A stretch of DNA of 64,000 nucleotides from a virus (Duplodnaviria > Heunggongvirae > Uroviricota > Caudoviricetes), in IMG/VR virus record IMGVR_UViG_3300027744_000008; one strand, 5' to 3'. The notes below the pieces were generated by a model, which was given only the letters and a program-made list of their open reading frames with translations, was not told the origin of the DNA and did not search any database. The position numbers and the translations under genes are program-made. How positions within the stretch are numbered: position 1 is the stretch's first letter; every line of letters starts with the position of its first letter. Positions 50,533-58,497 of the stretch are shown in pieces.

Positions 50533-50727
50533 TTACGCTCTAGTCAACTCTGTTCTACGTTCTGCGGTGGCCATTTGGCAGTCTGTGTAGACCACTTCCT
50601 CTGGGACGCCGTATAAGACAGAGACTGCAGGTTCTGGAATGTATGTGCCCATGGGATAGCCTGGACGGGTCAGCATCTGTGCTCGAGTTTCTGCAATGAC
50701 TTGAATGGCTTCTTGATATGTTTTCAT
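50533..50727 (-). CDS. Small early hypothetical protein
   Basis: AAGGA RBS. Confidence 0.65.
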   Translation of the reverse strand: MKTYQEAIQVIAETRAQMLTRPGYPMGTYIPEPAVSVLYGVPEEVVYTDCQMATAERRTELTRA

Positions 50728-50746
50728 TTTCGTTTCCTTTGTGTGA

Positions 50747-51097
50747 TTAATCTAAACGGCTACCAGCGTAGGCCTTGATGCCCAGTTTCTCTGTGATGAC
50801 CTTGGCGTAGGCTTCGGCACCTGCTTCTTTGATTGAGATTGATTGTGTTGGGCTACCACATGGCGTCCACAACTGCAGGCTTCCTGTGTAGCTCTTGCGG
50901 AAGCCAAAGGATTGCAGTGTCTTGCCTAGACGGCTGTTTGATCGCACACCGTAGACATCAACCCAGGCAAAGCCGCAACAATCGCGGTCACCGTGTTGAT
51001 TGTAGAATGCCTTTGCGGCTGTACGGGCTTGGATTGCGGCTTCGTTGCAGGCCGCTTGCACTGCGGCTGCATTGAAAGTTTCTGTTGCTGTAGTCAT
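50747..51097 (-). CDS. Early hypothetical protein (CGFAWV motif)
   Basis: Own promoter and GGAGCGAA RBS. Confidence 0.75.
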   Translation of the reverse strand: MTTATETFNAAAVQAACNEAAIQARTAAKAFYNQHGDRDCCGFAWVDVYGVRSNSRLGKTLQSFGFRKSYTGSLQLWTPCGSPTQSISIKEAGAEAYAKVITEKLGIKAYAGSRLD

Positions 51098-51162
51098 AAG
51101 TTTCGCTCCTTATTTGCTGTTGATGTAAGTATTATACGGTCTTTTCGTCGGGCTGTCAACCA

Positions 51163-51252
51163 CTATTCTGTAATAATGAACACCACTGTCACGGCCAATG
51201 CAATCCAAAGTTGACCGAAAAAGATTAACGCCAGGGGTATAAGCCATTTCAT
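51163..51252 (-). CDS. 29-aa hydrophobic peptide MKWLIPLALIFFGQLWIALAVTVVFIITE
   Basis: Own promoter cassette and AAGGAG RBS; below the ORF-track length cutoff. Confidence 0.6.
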   Translation of the reverse strand: MKWLIPLALIFFGQLWIALAVTVVFIITE

Positions 51253-51312
51253 CGAGTGCTCCTTGTTGCTGTCTATGTGTCTATTATACGGTCTTTTGGC
51301 TCGCCTGTCAAC

Positions 51313-51522
51313 CTAGTAAAATAACCCTACGAGGTAAAGGGCTAATAGTACTCCATTAACTACAATCAAGTTCCGCTCGCCTATGCGTACTGCCCACAAC
51401 AAATACAGTAATGCCCCTGCATTTAAAAAGTAAATGTTAAGCGGGTCTATGCGTAAACTAGTGCAAAGTGCGCCTGCACATACAGTCACGCACCCTGCCC
51501 ATTTTAATATTGTGTTTAACAT
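51313..51522 (-). CDS. Small membrane protein (GA-free island)
   Basis: Hydrophobic 69-aa ORF coupled to the upstream gene. Confidence 0.7.
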   Translation of the reverse strand: MLNTILKWAGCVTVCAGALCTSLRIDPLNIYFLNAGALLYLLWAVRIGERNLIVVNGVLLALYLVGLFY

Positions 51523-51899
51523 TACAGTTCCATGCTCGCGTAGCCGTTGTCTTGCATACCCTGCTCTGTAAACATAACCTCTGTGCCTAGCAGTGTGCTA
51601 ATCGCATCTACAAAGCCGCTGTCTGTGTACAGTCTCCAACTGCCCTCGTACTCCGCATCGCCGTCTACTGTGTAGCAAACTGCAATGTGTATGCTACTGT
51701 CCCCGTCCAATTCGTCCCACCATGTCTCGTGTATGTGTATGCTTGTAACTGTAACTGCCTCAATCTCGCAGTCCCATATGCTGTCACCTGCAAGTTGCAC
51801 CTCTACGTTGCAGTCGTATGTTGTGCTAATGCTGTCTTCGCTAGTGTCTGTGTTTGCTAGTGTCAGCTTGTCGCTAACGTTAAATTGTGTTGCTTGCAT
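51522..51899 (-). CDS. Acidic, Pro-free hypothetical protein (GA-free island)
   Basis: Own promoter and GGAGCGAA RBS. Confidence 0.75.
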   Translation of the reverse strand: MQATQFNVSDKLTLANTDTSEDSISTTYDCNVEVQLAGDSIWDCEIEAVTVTSIHIHETWWDELDGDSSIHIAVCYTVDGDAEYEGSWRLYTDSGFVDAISTLLGTEVMFTEQGMQDNGYASMEL

Positions 51900-51978
51900 T
51901 GTTCGCTCCTTCGTTTAAAATTGTATTATAGCACAGTCTGTCCAAACTGTCAAGTGCGCTATGTATAACCCTACAGCT

Positions 51979-52242
51979 TTAAGGGTTAAATTTTGCAGCC
52001 TCGTTGTCTAAGTAGCTAAAAATAATTTGCTTAGTGTATGCACTAACAATCTCTTCTTGTAGCGTCTCACAAGCGCACAGCAAGTTAGTGTCGCTGTCGT
52101 CTTGTTCTAACACGTAATTAATAACTTGCAACATTGTACGACCACTACGCACTGCCTCTGCAAACACTATTGCCTCGCAATTTTTAACGTCTGTGTTAAC
52201 AGCAAAAAAACTGTTGTCGCCAACTTTAGTAACTTCTAGCAT
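51979..52242 (-). CDS. Hypothetical protein MLEVTK... (GA-free island)
   Basis: AAGGAG RBS before ATG 52242. Confidence 0.7.
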   Translation of the reverse strand: MLEVTKVGDNSFFAVNTDVKNCEAIVFAEAVRSGRTMLQVINYVLEQDDSDTNLLCACETLQEEIVSAYTKQIIFSYLDNEAAKFNP

Positions 52243-52311
52243 ATTAGCTCCTTTTAAAAATACATTATAACACAAAACAAAGACCCGCGCTTGCGGCGGG
52301 CTATTATACTA

Positions 52312-52611
52312 CTAAACGCAACAGAACATGTTGCTGTTAATTAACTTATTACTTTCTATGTAACGGAGTGTGTCTATGTAATACTCGCGTACTAGTGTGT
52401 CCTGCTCCATAATACTATCGTGTAACGCTTGTGCATCGTTGCTAGCATTAAATGCAACTAAAGCATTAACGTTGTGTGCAACGTCGTCTGCGTACATAGT
52501 TAAGTTACTTTTGTTGCTGTCGTCGTTTACAAAAGTACTAATGTAGTCCTCTGTAGTTTTAAGTACTAGTGTGTTAATTGCTAGTTTGTGTGTGCTGTTT
52601 ATTTTACGCAT
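52312..52611 (-). CDS. Pro-free hypothetical protein (GA-free island)
   Basis: GGAG RBS and TATAAT upstream. Confidence 0.7.
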   Translation of the reverse strand: MRKINSTHKLAINTLVLKTTEDYISTFVNDDSNKSNLTMYADDVAHNVNALVAFNASNDAQALHDSIMEQDTLVREYYIDTLRYIESNKLINSNMFCCV

Positions 52612-52687
52612 TGTGTGCTCCGTTTAAAATTGTATTATAACACAAAACGGGCTACTATGCATTGTGTACGCATAATAGCCCGCCAGT

Positions 52688-52924
52688 TTACTCAGCTTCT
52701 ATAGCAATGTGTGTACGCAGTAGTACTTTAGCTTGCTCTACAGTTTTAGTAATACTGTTTGCAATACTGTCGTAGCTGTCAGTAAAATTAGCTACATCTC
52801 CGGTAACTAATGCAGCATTACGCACAGTAATACGATTGTGTGCATCAAATGTAAAAACTACACGGTAAGTTTGCAGTTTTTTGTTTTTAACTATTTTGTA
52901 GTACAATGGGCAGTTTGTTTGCAT
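52688..52924 (-). CDS. Hypothetical protein (GA-free island)
   Basis: AAGGA RBS; promoter TTGCCC-17-TATAAT. Confidence 0.7.
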   Translation of the reverse strand: MQTNCPLYYKIVKNKKLQTYRVVFTFDAHNRITVRNAALVTGDVANFTDSYDSIANSITKTVEQAKVLLRTHIAIEAE

Positions 52925-53024
52925 TTTTAGTTCCTTTTTTGTTTATGTGTTTATTATAACGCATAAAGCAATTTTGGGCAACCAAAGACCCTACACTACT
53001 GTGTAATAAAAAAGTTTTAACTGA

Positions 53025-53279
53025 TCAAGAGCCGTCTCTGTTGTTCAAGCGCTCTAGAGTTTCTAGTCTAGACACTTCCAAACTATAGAATATCCTGGCT
53101 GTTAGACCAACGAAGAATGCAAGCACTATGACTGCCAAGCCTAGGGCAGGATTAACATCATGGGACTTCATGACTTCAACAATAAATCTAAGGAATAGCA
53201 CGGTGACCACGGAACCTGCCACTATGGTGGTTATTGTTAGGACTGTGTGTTTGACTGCTGTCAGTTTAATCGAATTCAT
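53025..53279 (-). CDS. Two-TM membrane protein
   Basis: Two hydrophobic segments; AAGGA RBS. Confidence 0.65.
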   Translation of the reverse strand: MNSIKLTAVKHTVLTITTIVAGSVVTVLFLRFIVEVMKSHDVNPALGLAVIVLAFFVGLTARIFYSLEVSRLETLERLNNRDGS

Positions 53280-53300
53280 CTTTGTTCCTTTGTTTCAACT

Positions 53301-53466
53301 TCCGGACTCACCCGGTTCGGCTGATGCCTCCCACTGCTCGCGACTGCTTCCCAATTTATCGTCCATCGGCACCCGTGGTCAGGCTTGCGATGCTCATCGG
53401 CCCGACATTCTAGTGTCGGTGATCCTTGGGATAGGACTGCTGGGCCTTGACCTGCCCAGCATCAGG
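53301..53466 (-). ncRNA. Candidate structured RNA downstream of tRNA-Asp
   Basis: GC-rich, no plausible ORF; hairpins GCTGGGC/GCCCAGC, CCGACA/TGTCGG and CCGG/CCGG; CTGATGC/GCATCAG long-range pairing. Confidence 0.4.
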
Positions 53467-53472
53467 TTTATG

Positions 53473-53548
53473 TGGCGCCGTGGACGGGAATCGAACCCGC
53501 CTGAGTCTGATAGACAATCAGATGCCCTACCCAGAGGACTACCACGGC
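53473..53548 (-). tRNA. tRNA-Asp(GTC)
   Basis: GCCGTGG acceptor stem, TCTGA-TTGTCTA-TCAGA anticodon arm, GGTTCGATTCC T-arm, encoded CCA. Confidence 0.92.
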
Positions 53549-53555
53549 TCATGGA

Positions 53556-53726
53556 AAAACACACTTCGGATGCTGTACTAAACAGAAACCATCCATCACC
53601 GCCTAAGCCGCTGAAATGTGTTTATCTATGTTGTCGCGGAGGCCGAGTCTACAAACTCGCTTCGTGTCCCTTGGTTCCAACCCTTTTTGCATCTCTGCGT
53701 GGGTTCTTACATTCGAGGACCGCCTT
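53556..53726 (-). ncRNA. Candidate structured RNA(s) between the early promoter at ~53745-53773 and tRNA-Asp
   Basis: Stems AGGC/GCCT, GTCCT/GGGAC, AACCC/GGGTT and CGAGT/ACTCG; then AAACACATTTC/GAAGTGTGTTT enclosing GGATG/CATCC. Confidence 0.45.
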
Positions 53727-53753
53727 GCTTTCTAACTTGTCTCTATTGTATGC

Positions 53754-53966
53754 TCAAATCGTCTCAGTGTCAACCGGTCTGTTAATGTCCGACCAAAGTG
53801 TAGGGTCTTCCATGTCATTGTAGTAGTCACAGATCTCTTCAGCATCCTCAAGGATAGCACACCGGTCCATAGTAGTGCCAGCCCATGCACCTTCCACAGT
53901 GGTAGCCCAACGAACCACGTCCCAACGCTCGGCTTTGTCGTGCCATTCTACTGTGAATCTCATCAT
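53754..53966 (-). CDS. Small early hypothetical protein
   Basis: Translationally coupled ORF. Confidence 0.6.
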   Translation of the reverse strand: MMRFTVEWHDKAERWDVVRWATTVEGAWAGTTMDRCAILEDAEEICDYYNDMEDPTLWSDINRPVDTETI

Positions 53967-54148
53967 GCCACCTTATCAGTTGCAACATCTAACAGTTCTG
54001 CATAGGCTTCTTCAACTGTATCAAAGCCACACACATCATAGGATCCATCGTACATCTTAACATAGAATGATCCGTTGCCTGGGCTAGCTTCTGTATCTAA
54101 TCCTACTTCGCCAACGCCGGGGATAATTTTGAGTGAAAAGTCCATCAT
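53963..54148 (-). CDS. Small early hypothetical protein
   Basis: Translationally coupled ORF. Confidence 0.6.
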   Translation of the reverse strand: MMDFSLKIIPGVGEVGLDTEASPGNGSFYVKMYDGSYDVCGFDTVEEAYAELLDVATDKVA

Positions 54149-54516
54149 GCAGCCTTTCTAAAATAACCGTAGGGCAAGCCCTGGGTGAAACAAAAATAGT
54201 CAGCATCGCCGTTGGCATGTTCGGCATCCATTAACCATGCAATCACACGCTCACGGTCAGCACCTGTGTGCATGAGGCTGGTCACACGATCTTCGAACTT
54301 GACCACGGCTTCAGCTTCAGCAGCCTTGCGCTCAACCTCAGCCTGTTCAATAGCAGTGGCCAGGCTAGCGAACTCTGCGTCAAAGTCCGCAAGGGTCCAC
54401 TTGGTAGTGTCAATCCAACGAGGGCGAACACCGTAGGCATCCTTGTACATATCCCAGTAGGTCTCACAGGCTTGCTCAAGATCTGTCATCTCTTCCCAGG
54501 TTTTAAATGCTTCCAT
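54145..54516 (-). CDS. Early hypothetical protein (DMYKDAYGVRPR motif)
   Basis: Promoter cassette and GGAGCGAA RBS. Confidence 0.75.
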   Translation of the reverse strand: MEAFKTWEEMTDLEQACETYWDMYKDAYGVRPRWIDTTKWTLADFDAEFASLATAIEQAEVERKAAEAEAVVKFEDRVTSLMHTGADRERVIAWLMDAEHANGDADYFCFTQGLPYGYFRKAA

Positions 54517-54584
54517 TGTTCGCTCCTTGTTGCTTAATATGTCTCTATTATATGCTCAAACGAAAGACCTGTCAACCACTAGGG

Positions 54585-54974
54585 TTATACAGTCTCCCGT
54601 CCCAAGCTCACAGCCTCTGAGTAGTAGCCGTTGGACTCGCCCAACCAACGAACATCCACATAGCCCTTGCGGGTAGCGAACTTGTAGAAGGTCCAAGTCA
54701 CACTCTCGTGGTATTCTTCTTCGAAGTCTACAGGAGTCTCGCCTGAAACTTCTTCAGCGATCAACAAGGGCTCACCACACAGGTCTTCCAGGTCACCAAC
54801 GATGTCGTTGATGTCCACAGACTCGCAACAGTCCTGATAGTGGAAGAACACGAAGCGTTCAGTCGCGTTCTCAAACACCAAGGCATCGCCGCCTATGGAG
54901 CCTGTGACACGAGTGAAGACCTTGCCACGCATGTCTTCGATCTTCGCTGACGATTCCCAATCCATGTATCCCAT
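54585..54974 (-). CDS. Early hypothetical protein (HYQDCCESV, GESNGYYSE motifs)
   Basis: Promoter cassette and AGGAG RBS. Confidence 0.75.
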   Translation of the reverse strand: MGYMDWESSAKIEDMRGKVFTRVTGSIGGDALVFENATERFVFFHYQDCCESVDINDIVGDLEDLCGEPLLIAEEVSGETPVDFEEEYHESVTWTFYKFATRKGYVDVRWLGESNGYYSEAVSLGRETV

Positions 54975-55024
54975 CTTGTGCTCCTGTTTGTTGCTGTCTA
55001 TGTCTCTATTATACGGCCTTTTGG

Positions 55025-55216
55025 CTAGGCTGTCAAGCCATAGATGCGAAATACTTCCGCTCTAGGCACGTAGAAGTCTGTAGTAGGATCGTAGTACAGG
55101 CCTTCCTTGTTGTCATAATACAACACTCTGCCGTCGAAGTTGAACGGACCTTCCAGGCCTGTTCTGGGACCGTACTTGTCGCGCATCTCGTCGATCTCTC
55201 TAACTCTGTAGCCCAT
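55025..55216 (-). CDS. Small early protein (GLEGPF...YYDP motif)
   Basis: AAGGAG RBS before ATG 55216. Confidence 0.7.
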   Translation of the reverse strand: MGYRVREIDEMRDKYGPRTGLEGPFNFDGRVLYYDNKEGLYYDPTTDFYVPRAEVFRIYGLTA

Positions 55217-55280
55217 AGTCTGCTCCTTGTAAGCCACTATTATAACGCCAAAAGAAAACCCTGTCAACCAGCAGGGTTAT

Positions 55281-55355
55281 TGGTCCGGCGTAGAGGAATC
55301 GAACCTCTATAATGACTTTAGAAGAATCATGTCCTATCCATTGAACGAACGCCAG
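55281..55355 (-). tRNA. tRNA-Arg(TCT)
   Basis: Cloverleaf with TGATT-CTTCTAA-AGTCA anticodon arm, GGTTCGATTCC, CCA end. Confidence 0.92.
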
Positions 55356-55361
55356 TATTGG

Positions 55362-55517
55362 TTAGCTTGGTATGGTCTTGGGTATGTAGGGCACGTTCCT
55401 AGGACCGTGTCGCTGTTCGAAGAGCTGTTTGGCTTCTTGCGGTGTTTCAGCATAGACTCTGTCCTTGACTTCGCCCTGTGGAGTTCTAACAGTGGTTTCG
55501 TACATTGGCATCTTCAT
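55362..55517 (-). CDS. 51-aa protein between tRNA genes (MKMPMYETTVRTPQG...)
   Basis: AAGGAG RBS; open frame. Confidence 0.6.
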   Translation of the reverse strand: MKMPMYETTVRTPQGEVKDRVYAETPQEAKQLFEQRHGPRNVPYIPKTIPS

Positions 55518-55530
55518 CTCCTTAGTTAAT

Positions 55531-55605
55531 TGGTGGGCCCACGTGGGATCGAACCACGACTCAAGGGATTATGAGTCCCCTGCTTTACCATTAAGCTATA
55601 GGCCC
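55531..55605 (-). tRNA. tRNA with CAT anticodon, most likely Ile2 (lysidine type)
   Basis: GGGCCTATAGCTTAATGGTAAAGCAGGGGACTCATAATCCC... resembles bacterial tRNA-Ile2; CCA end. Confidence 0.85.
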
Positions 55606-55611
55606 TACACT

Positions 55612-55696
55612 TGGTACGACTGACCGGAATCGAACCGGTACGCTTGTGGGCGACAGATTTTAAGTCTGTTGTGTCTACCGATTCCACCACAGTCGC
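55612..55696 (-). tRNA. tRNA-Leu(TAA)
   Basis: ACAGA-CTTAAAA-TCTGT anticodon arm, long variable arm, CCA end. Confidence 0.92.
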
Positions 55697-55701
55697 AGTT
55701 G

Positions 55702-55893
55702 TTATAGCACTATACGCTCTAGCTCTACTAGATCACCGTTAGCGTCTTCTTTGTATATTATACACTCAGTATAATACTCTGTCAAGGACTGTTCAGCCAG
55801 TAGCCTAGCTTCTTTTAGGCTCTTTGTGGTGTCCACTAGATCCTCTGCACCGTCTGCATCTACGGACCACACCTCATAAAATTCCCAAGTCAT
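55702..55893 (-). CDS. Small acidic hypothetical protein
   Basis: 63-aa ORF. Confidence 0.6.
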   Translation of the reverse strand: MTWEFYEVWSVDADGAEDLVDTTKSLKEARLLAEQSLTEYYTECIIYKEDANGDLVELERIVL

Positions 55894-55967
55894 ATCAGCT
55901 CAATTGAATAAAAGAAAAACCTACACCGCATAGTAATTTATTTATACGGTGTAGGGTCACGCCAGGA

Positions 55968-56351
55968 TTAGAATGGAATGTTTTCGTCCATCTTAGCTGT
56001 AGCGGGCGCAGTAGCCTTAGCAGCCTTAGGTGCCGCAGCCTTTGTAGGGGCTTTGGTCTTAGCAGGAGATGCAACCGCTTTAACAGCGGGGCCTGCAGTC
56101 TTGGGAGTCTTCTCGTCCAAGTACTCGGTGATAGCACTCTGTGCCGCAACGTCTTGGAACTCATCGTGAGTCTTCAAGAAGCCAACCGCATCCAACTTGG
56201 TCATAGCTTCGGGGGTAGCCTCTAAACGAATGTCAGTGTGACCATGCTTGTCAAGTACTTTGACTCGCATAGGATCATTGGCAAAGCGAACCTTGTATTC
56301 GCCGTTATGCTTAGATACACCAACCACTGTAAACAATTTATCTGTAGCCAT
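55968..56351 (-). CDS. Early protein with Ala/Lys/Pro-rich (histone H1-like) tail
   Basis: GAGG RBS; PAKTKAPTKAAAPKAAKA tail; paralog of 61904-62227. Confidence 0.75.
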   Translation of the reverse strand: MATDKLFTVVGVSKHNGEYKVRFANDPMRVKVLDKHGHTDIRLEATPEAMTKLDAVGFLKTHDEFQDVAAQSAITEYLDEKTPKTAGPAVKAVASPAKTKAPTKAAAPKAAKATAPATAKMDENIPF

Positions 56352-56470
56352 TTTTCAATTTCCTCTGTGTGTTAAAAGTAACGTTGAACCTTTCAACGTA
56401 TGCCTTATTATATACTCTGGCTAGCCATTTGTCAATGTCTTTTGGCTAACCAGAACATATAATTCTGTGC

Positions 56471-56743
56471 TCACATGCTCCAAAATGTTTCGGAACTGGG
56501 CGAGCATGAGTTGGGTGTATCATAGCGTTCCTGATAGGTCTTACCCGACATCATGTTTCGTTTGGTAACCCAAGTCTCGCTGGCTTCAACGATGAAGCCC
56601 AATTTGGTCTTGGATGCAATCACGGCCTGGATGTAGGCACGTGTGCTAGGAGCAAAGTCCTCTACACAAACCAACCTGCGACCCTCTTTGGTACGACGGT
56701 CAGCCTTGTAGAGTTCCAATGTGTATTCAGTTAATGCACTCAT
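56471..56743 (-). CDS. Early hypothetical protein
   Basis: AAGGAG RBS; ends in CSPSSETFWSM. Confidence 0.7.
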   Translation of the reverse strand: MSALTEYTLELYKADRRTKEGRRLVCVEDFAPSTRAYIQAVIASKTKLGFIVEASETWVTKRNMMSGKTYQERYDTPNSCSPSSETFWSM

Positions 56744-56752
56744 GTCAGCTCC

Positions 56753-57004
56753 TTAATCAATTACCACAACACGGCGCACGTTGGCATCGCCTTCGCAGTC
56801 GCCCTCATCTTCGTAGCAGTCCTCATCATCCTCTGCAATCTTGTCCATGCGATGATATTCGCTGTACTGCACCTTGCCCGTGTACACACGAGTGGCTTTG
56901 GGTGCAACCTCTGTTCTCCAGTGATCGCCGTAGTTGTAGGCAAAGTGAACGTCTGCCTCAGGGTTCATGTCCTGCAACTCCAAAATCAAATCTGCTACTT
57001 TCAT
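56753..57004 (-). CDS. Early acidic hypothetical protein
   Basis: Promoter cassette and GGAGCGA RBS. Confidence 0.7.
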   Translation of the reverse strand: MKVADLILELQDMNPEADVHFAYNYGDHWRTEVAPKATRVYTGKVQYSEYHRMDKIAEDDEDCYEDEGDCEGDANVRRVVVID

Positions 57005-57048
57005 GCTCGCTCCTTTGTGTGTATGTGTTTATTATACTGCCTTTTGGC

Positions 57049-57330
57049 TTAAGCGTCAACCTCGTTAAACAACCCTTCGTCCTCCAAGGCTTCTTCCATG
57101 CTGTCGTTCCACTCTGGGTTGCGTAGTGCCCACTCAGAGATAAACTGGAACAGGGCTTCCACTGCACCTGGGTTGTCAGTAAGGAATTCCTCTATTGCAC
57201 GGTTACGCATAAAGCCTTCACCGTAGCCAAGGACTTCGCACACGTTCTCTAGTTGCTTTACGCCTTGCTCGCCCTCTGTGCTAGTCATAAAGTGTTGCTC
57301 AAACATATCTACGATTTTGTATTTGTCCAT
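57049..57330 (-). CDS. Early acidic hypothetical protein
   Basis: Promoter cassette and GGAGCGAA RBS. Confidence 0.7.
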   Translation of the reverse strand: MDKYKIVDMFEQHFMTSTEGEQGVKQLENVCEVLGYGEGFMRNRAIEEFLTDNPGAVEALFQFISEWALRNPEWNDSMEEALEDEGLFNEVDA

Positions 57331-57408
57331 TTGTTTCGCTCCTTGTTACTGTTTAAGCCACTATTATAGCACCAAAAGGTAACCCTGTCAACCATAGGGT
57401 CTTTGTTG

Positions 57409-57549
57409 TTATTCTGCCACAGTGCCCTTGACCCATTGATGCATGACATCCTCTAGGGCTTTGAAGTCATAGAACTTCTCCTTGGGACGGATGACCTCAC
57501 GGTTATCGTGATCAATGTTCTTAAGTCTGTTGGTTTCTTTGTTATTCAT
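57409..57549 (-). CDS. 46-aa hypothetical protein
   Basis: Overlaps the stop of the upstream gene; open frame. Confidence 0.45.
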   Translation of the reverse strand: MNNKETNRLKNIDHDNREVIRPKEKFYDFKALEDVMHQWVKGTVAE

Positions 57550-58117
57550 TTTCTTCTTCCTGTTCATAATACGAAATGTTCTCAGCGATGCCGAATGCTT
57601 CGTTGAGTTCCTTGGGCAACTCTTGCTCTATAGTCTCTGATGACAGGCCACTATATTCGTAGTAGTCATCGCCACCTTCATTGGTCCAACGACCGCAGAA
57701 GCCCATGCCGGACTCGTCATACATGGCTTCAATCTCAAAGCCCAACACTGCCATCTTCTCGTAGGCAGCACAAGGCGGAGCCCATGCTGAATCAAAGTAG
57801 ACAGTCAGCGAGTTCTCAGTGATCTCGTTGATGCCGTCACCGTCACCCACATCCCACTTGGTACCCCACTCACCAACAGAGAAGTCATACCAATCCTTGT
57901 AGCCATGCACCTCGATATTGCTCTTCTGTGCAGCCTCAAGAGCAATCTGCTCAGGGTTGTCATCAGCACCGCAACGACCCGACGTAATGTGCAGGCTCTC
58001 TGGGATAGGCACAAACTCGTTAAGGAACTTGCCTTCAGCAAAAGCGTTCTTTGCGCGAAGGATCATAGCAGGGTCTTGGTGTTTGATCACCAGTGTGTTA
58101 CTACACCAATTTGGCAT
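57542..58117 (-). CDS. DUF1281/YubB-like ferredoxin-fold protein
   Basis: MPNWCSN...WYDF...WGTKWD...FDSAWAPP signature. Confidence 0.75.
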   Translation of the reverse strand: MPNWCSNTLVIKHQDPAMILRAKNAFAEGKFLNEFVPIPESLHITSGRCGADDNPEQIALEAAQKSNIEVHGYKDWYDFSVGEWGTKWDVGDGDGINEITENSLTVYFDSAWAPPCAAYEKMAVLGFEIEAMYDESGMGFCGRWTNEGGDDYYEYSGLSSETIEQELPKELNEAFGIAENISYYEQEEENE

Positions 58118-58268
58118 TTACAATCTCCTCAGGCAAGAAGCCAATTAAATTTTTCAATGGAACGAACTGCAACAGCTCTTCAATGGCGGTGAAGTCCCAG
58201 TTCTTCATGTCCTGAGCAATCTGCTCTAGAACAATATCAGTTATCTCATGTCTGTTCAGTTTATTCAT
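58101..58268 (-). CDS. 55-aa hypothetical protein (MNKLNRHEITD...)
   Basis: Fills the gap between coupled genes. Confidence 0.45.
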   Translation of the reverse strand: MNKLNRHEITDIVLEQIAQDMKNWDFTAIEELLQFVPLKNLIGFLPEEIVNAKLV

Positions 58269-58488
58269 CTTCCATCTCCTTGTTCATGTATTCAACTTCA
58301 TCTGTTATCACTTCAGTCGCAACCACCCTAGGGAAGCCATCAAACTTGTCTAATAGATCTGAGAATTCTGTTAGATAGGCATAGTCCTCGAGGAACTTGG
58401 CCTTGTCCAAGTAGGGCTCCAGGCTACGCACTGTGATTCGCACAGTTGTGACAACTTCGTGTTCGTAGATCATGTCTTCGTCGGTCAT
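58261..58488 (-). CDS. Early acidic hypothetical protein
   Basis: AAGGAGCGA RBS. Confidence 0.65.
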   Translation of the reverse strand: MTDEDMIYEHEVVTTVRITVRSLEPYLDKAKFLEDYAYLTEFSDLLDKFDGFPRVVATEVITDEVEYMNKEMEDE

Positions 58489-58497
58489 AGTCGCTCC

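Noticed and set aside
50533-50727. MKTYQEAIQVIAE resembles the T4 capsid-targeting sequence
   Set aside because: It lies in the early region with no late promoter; probably coincidental.
53301-53726. Hammerhead ribozyme or c-di-GMP-I riboswitch
   Set aside because: The CUGAUGA/GAAA core and the GEMM consensus are only partially matched; kept as unassigned structured RNA.
53128-53823. 231-aa + strand ORF
   Set aside because: Antisense to tRNA-Asp and to real minus-strand features; no RBS and an implausible sequence.
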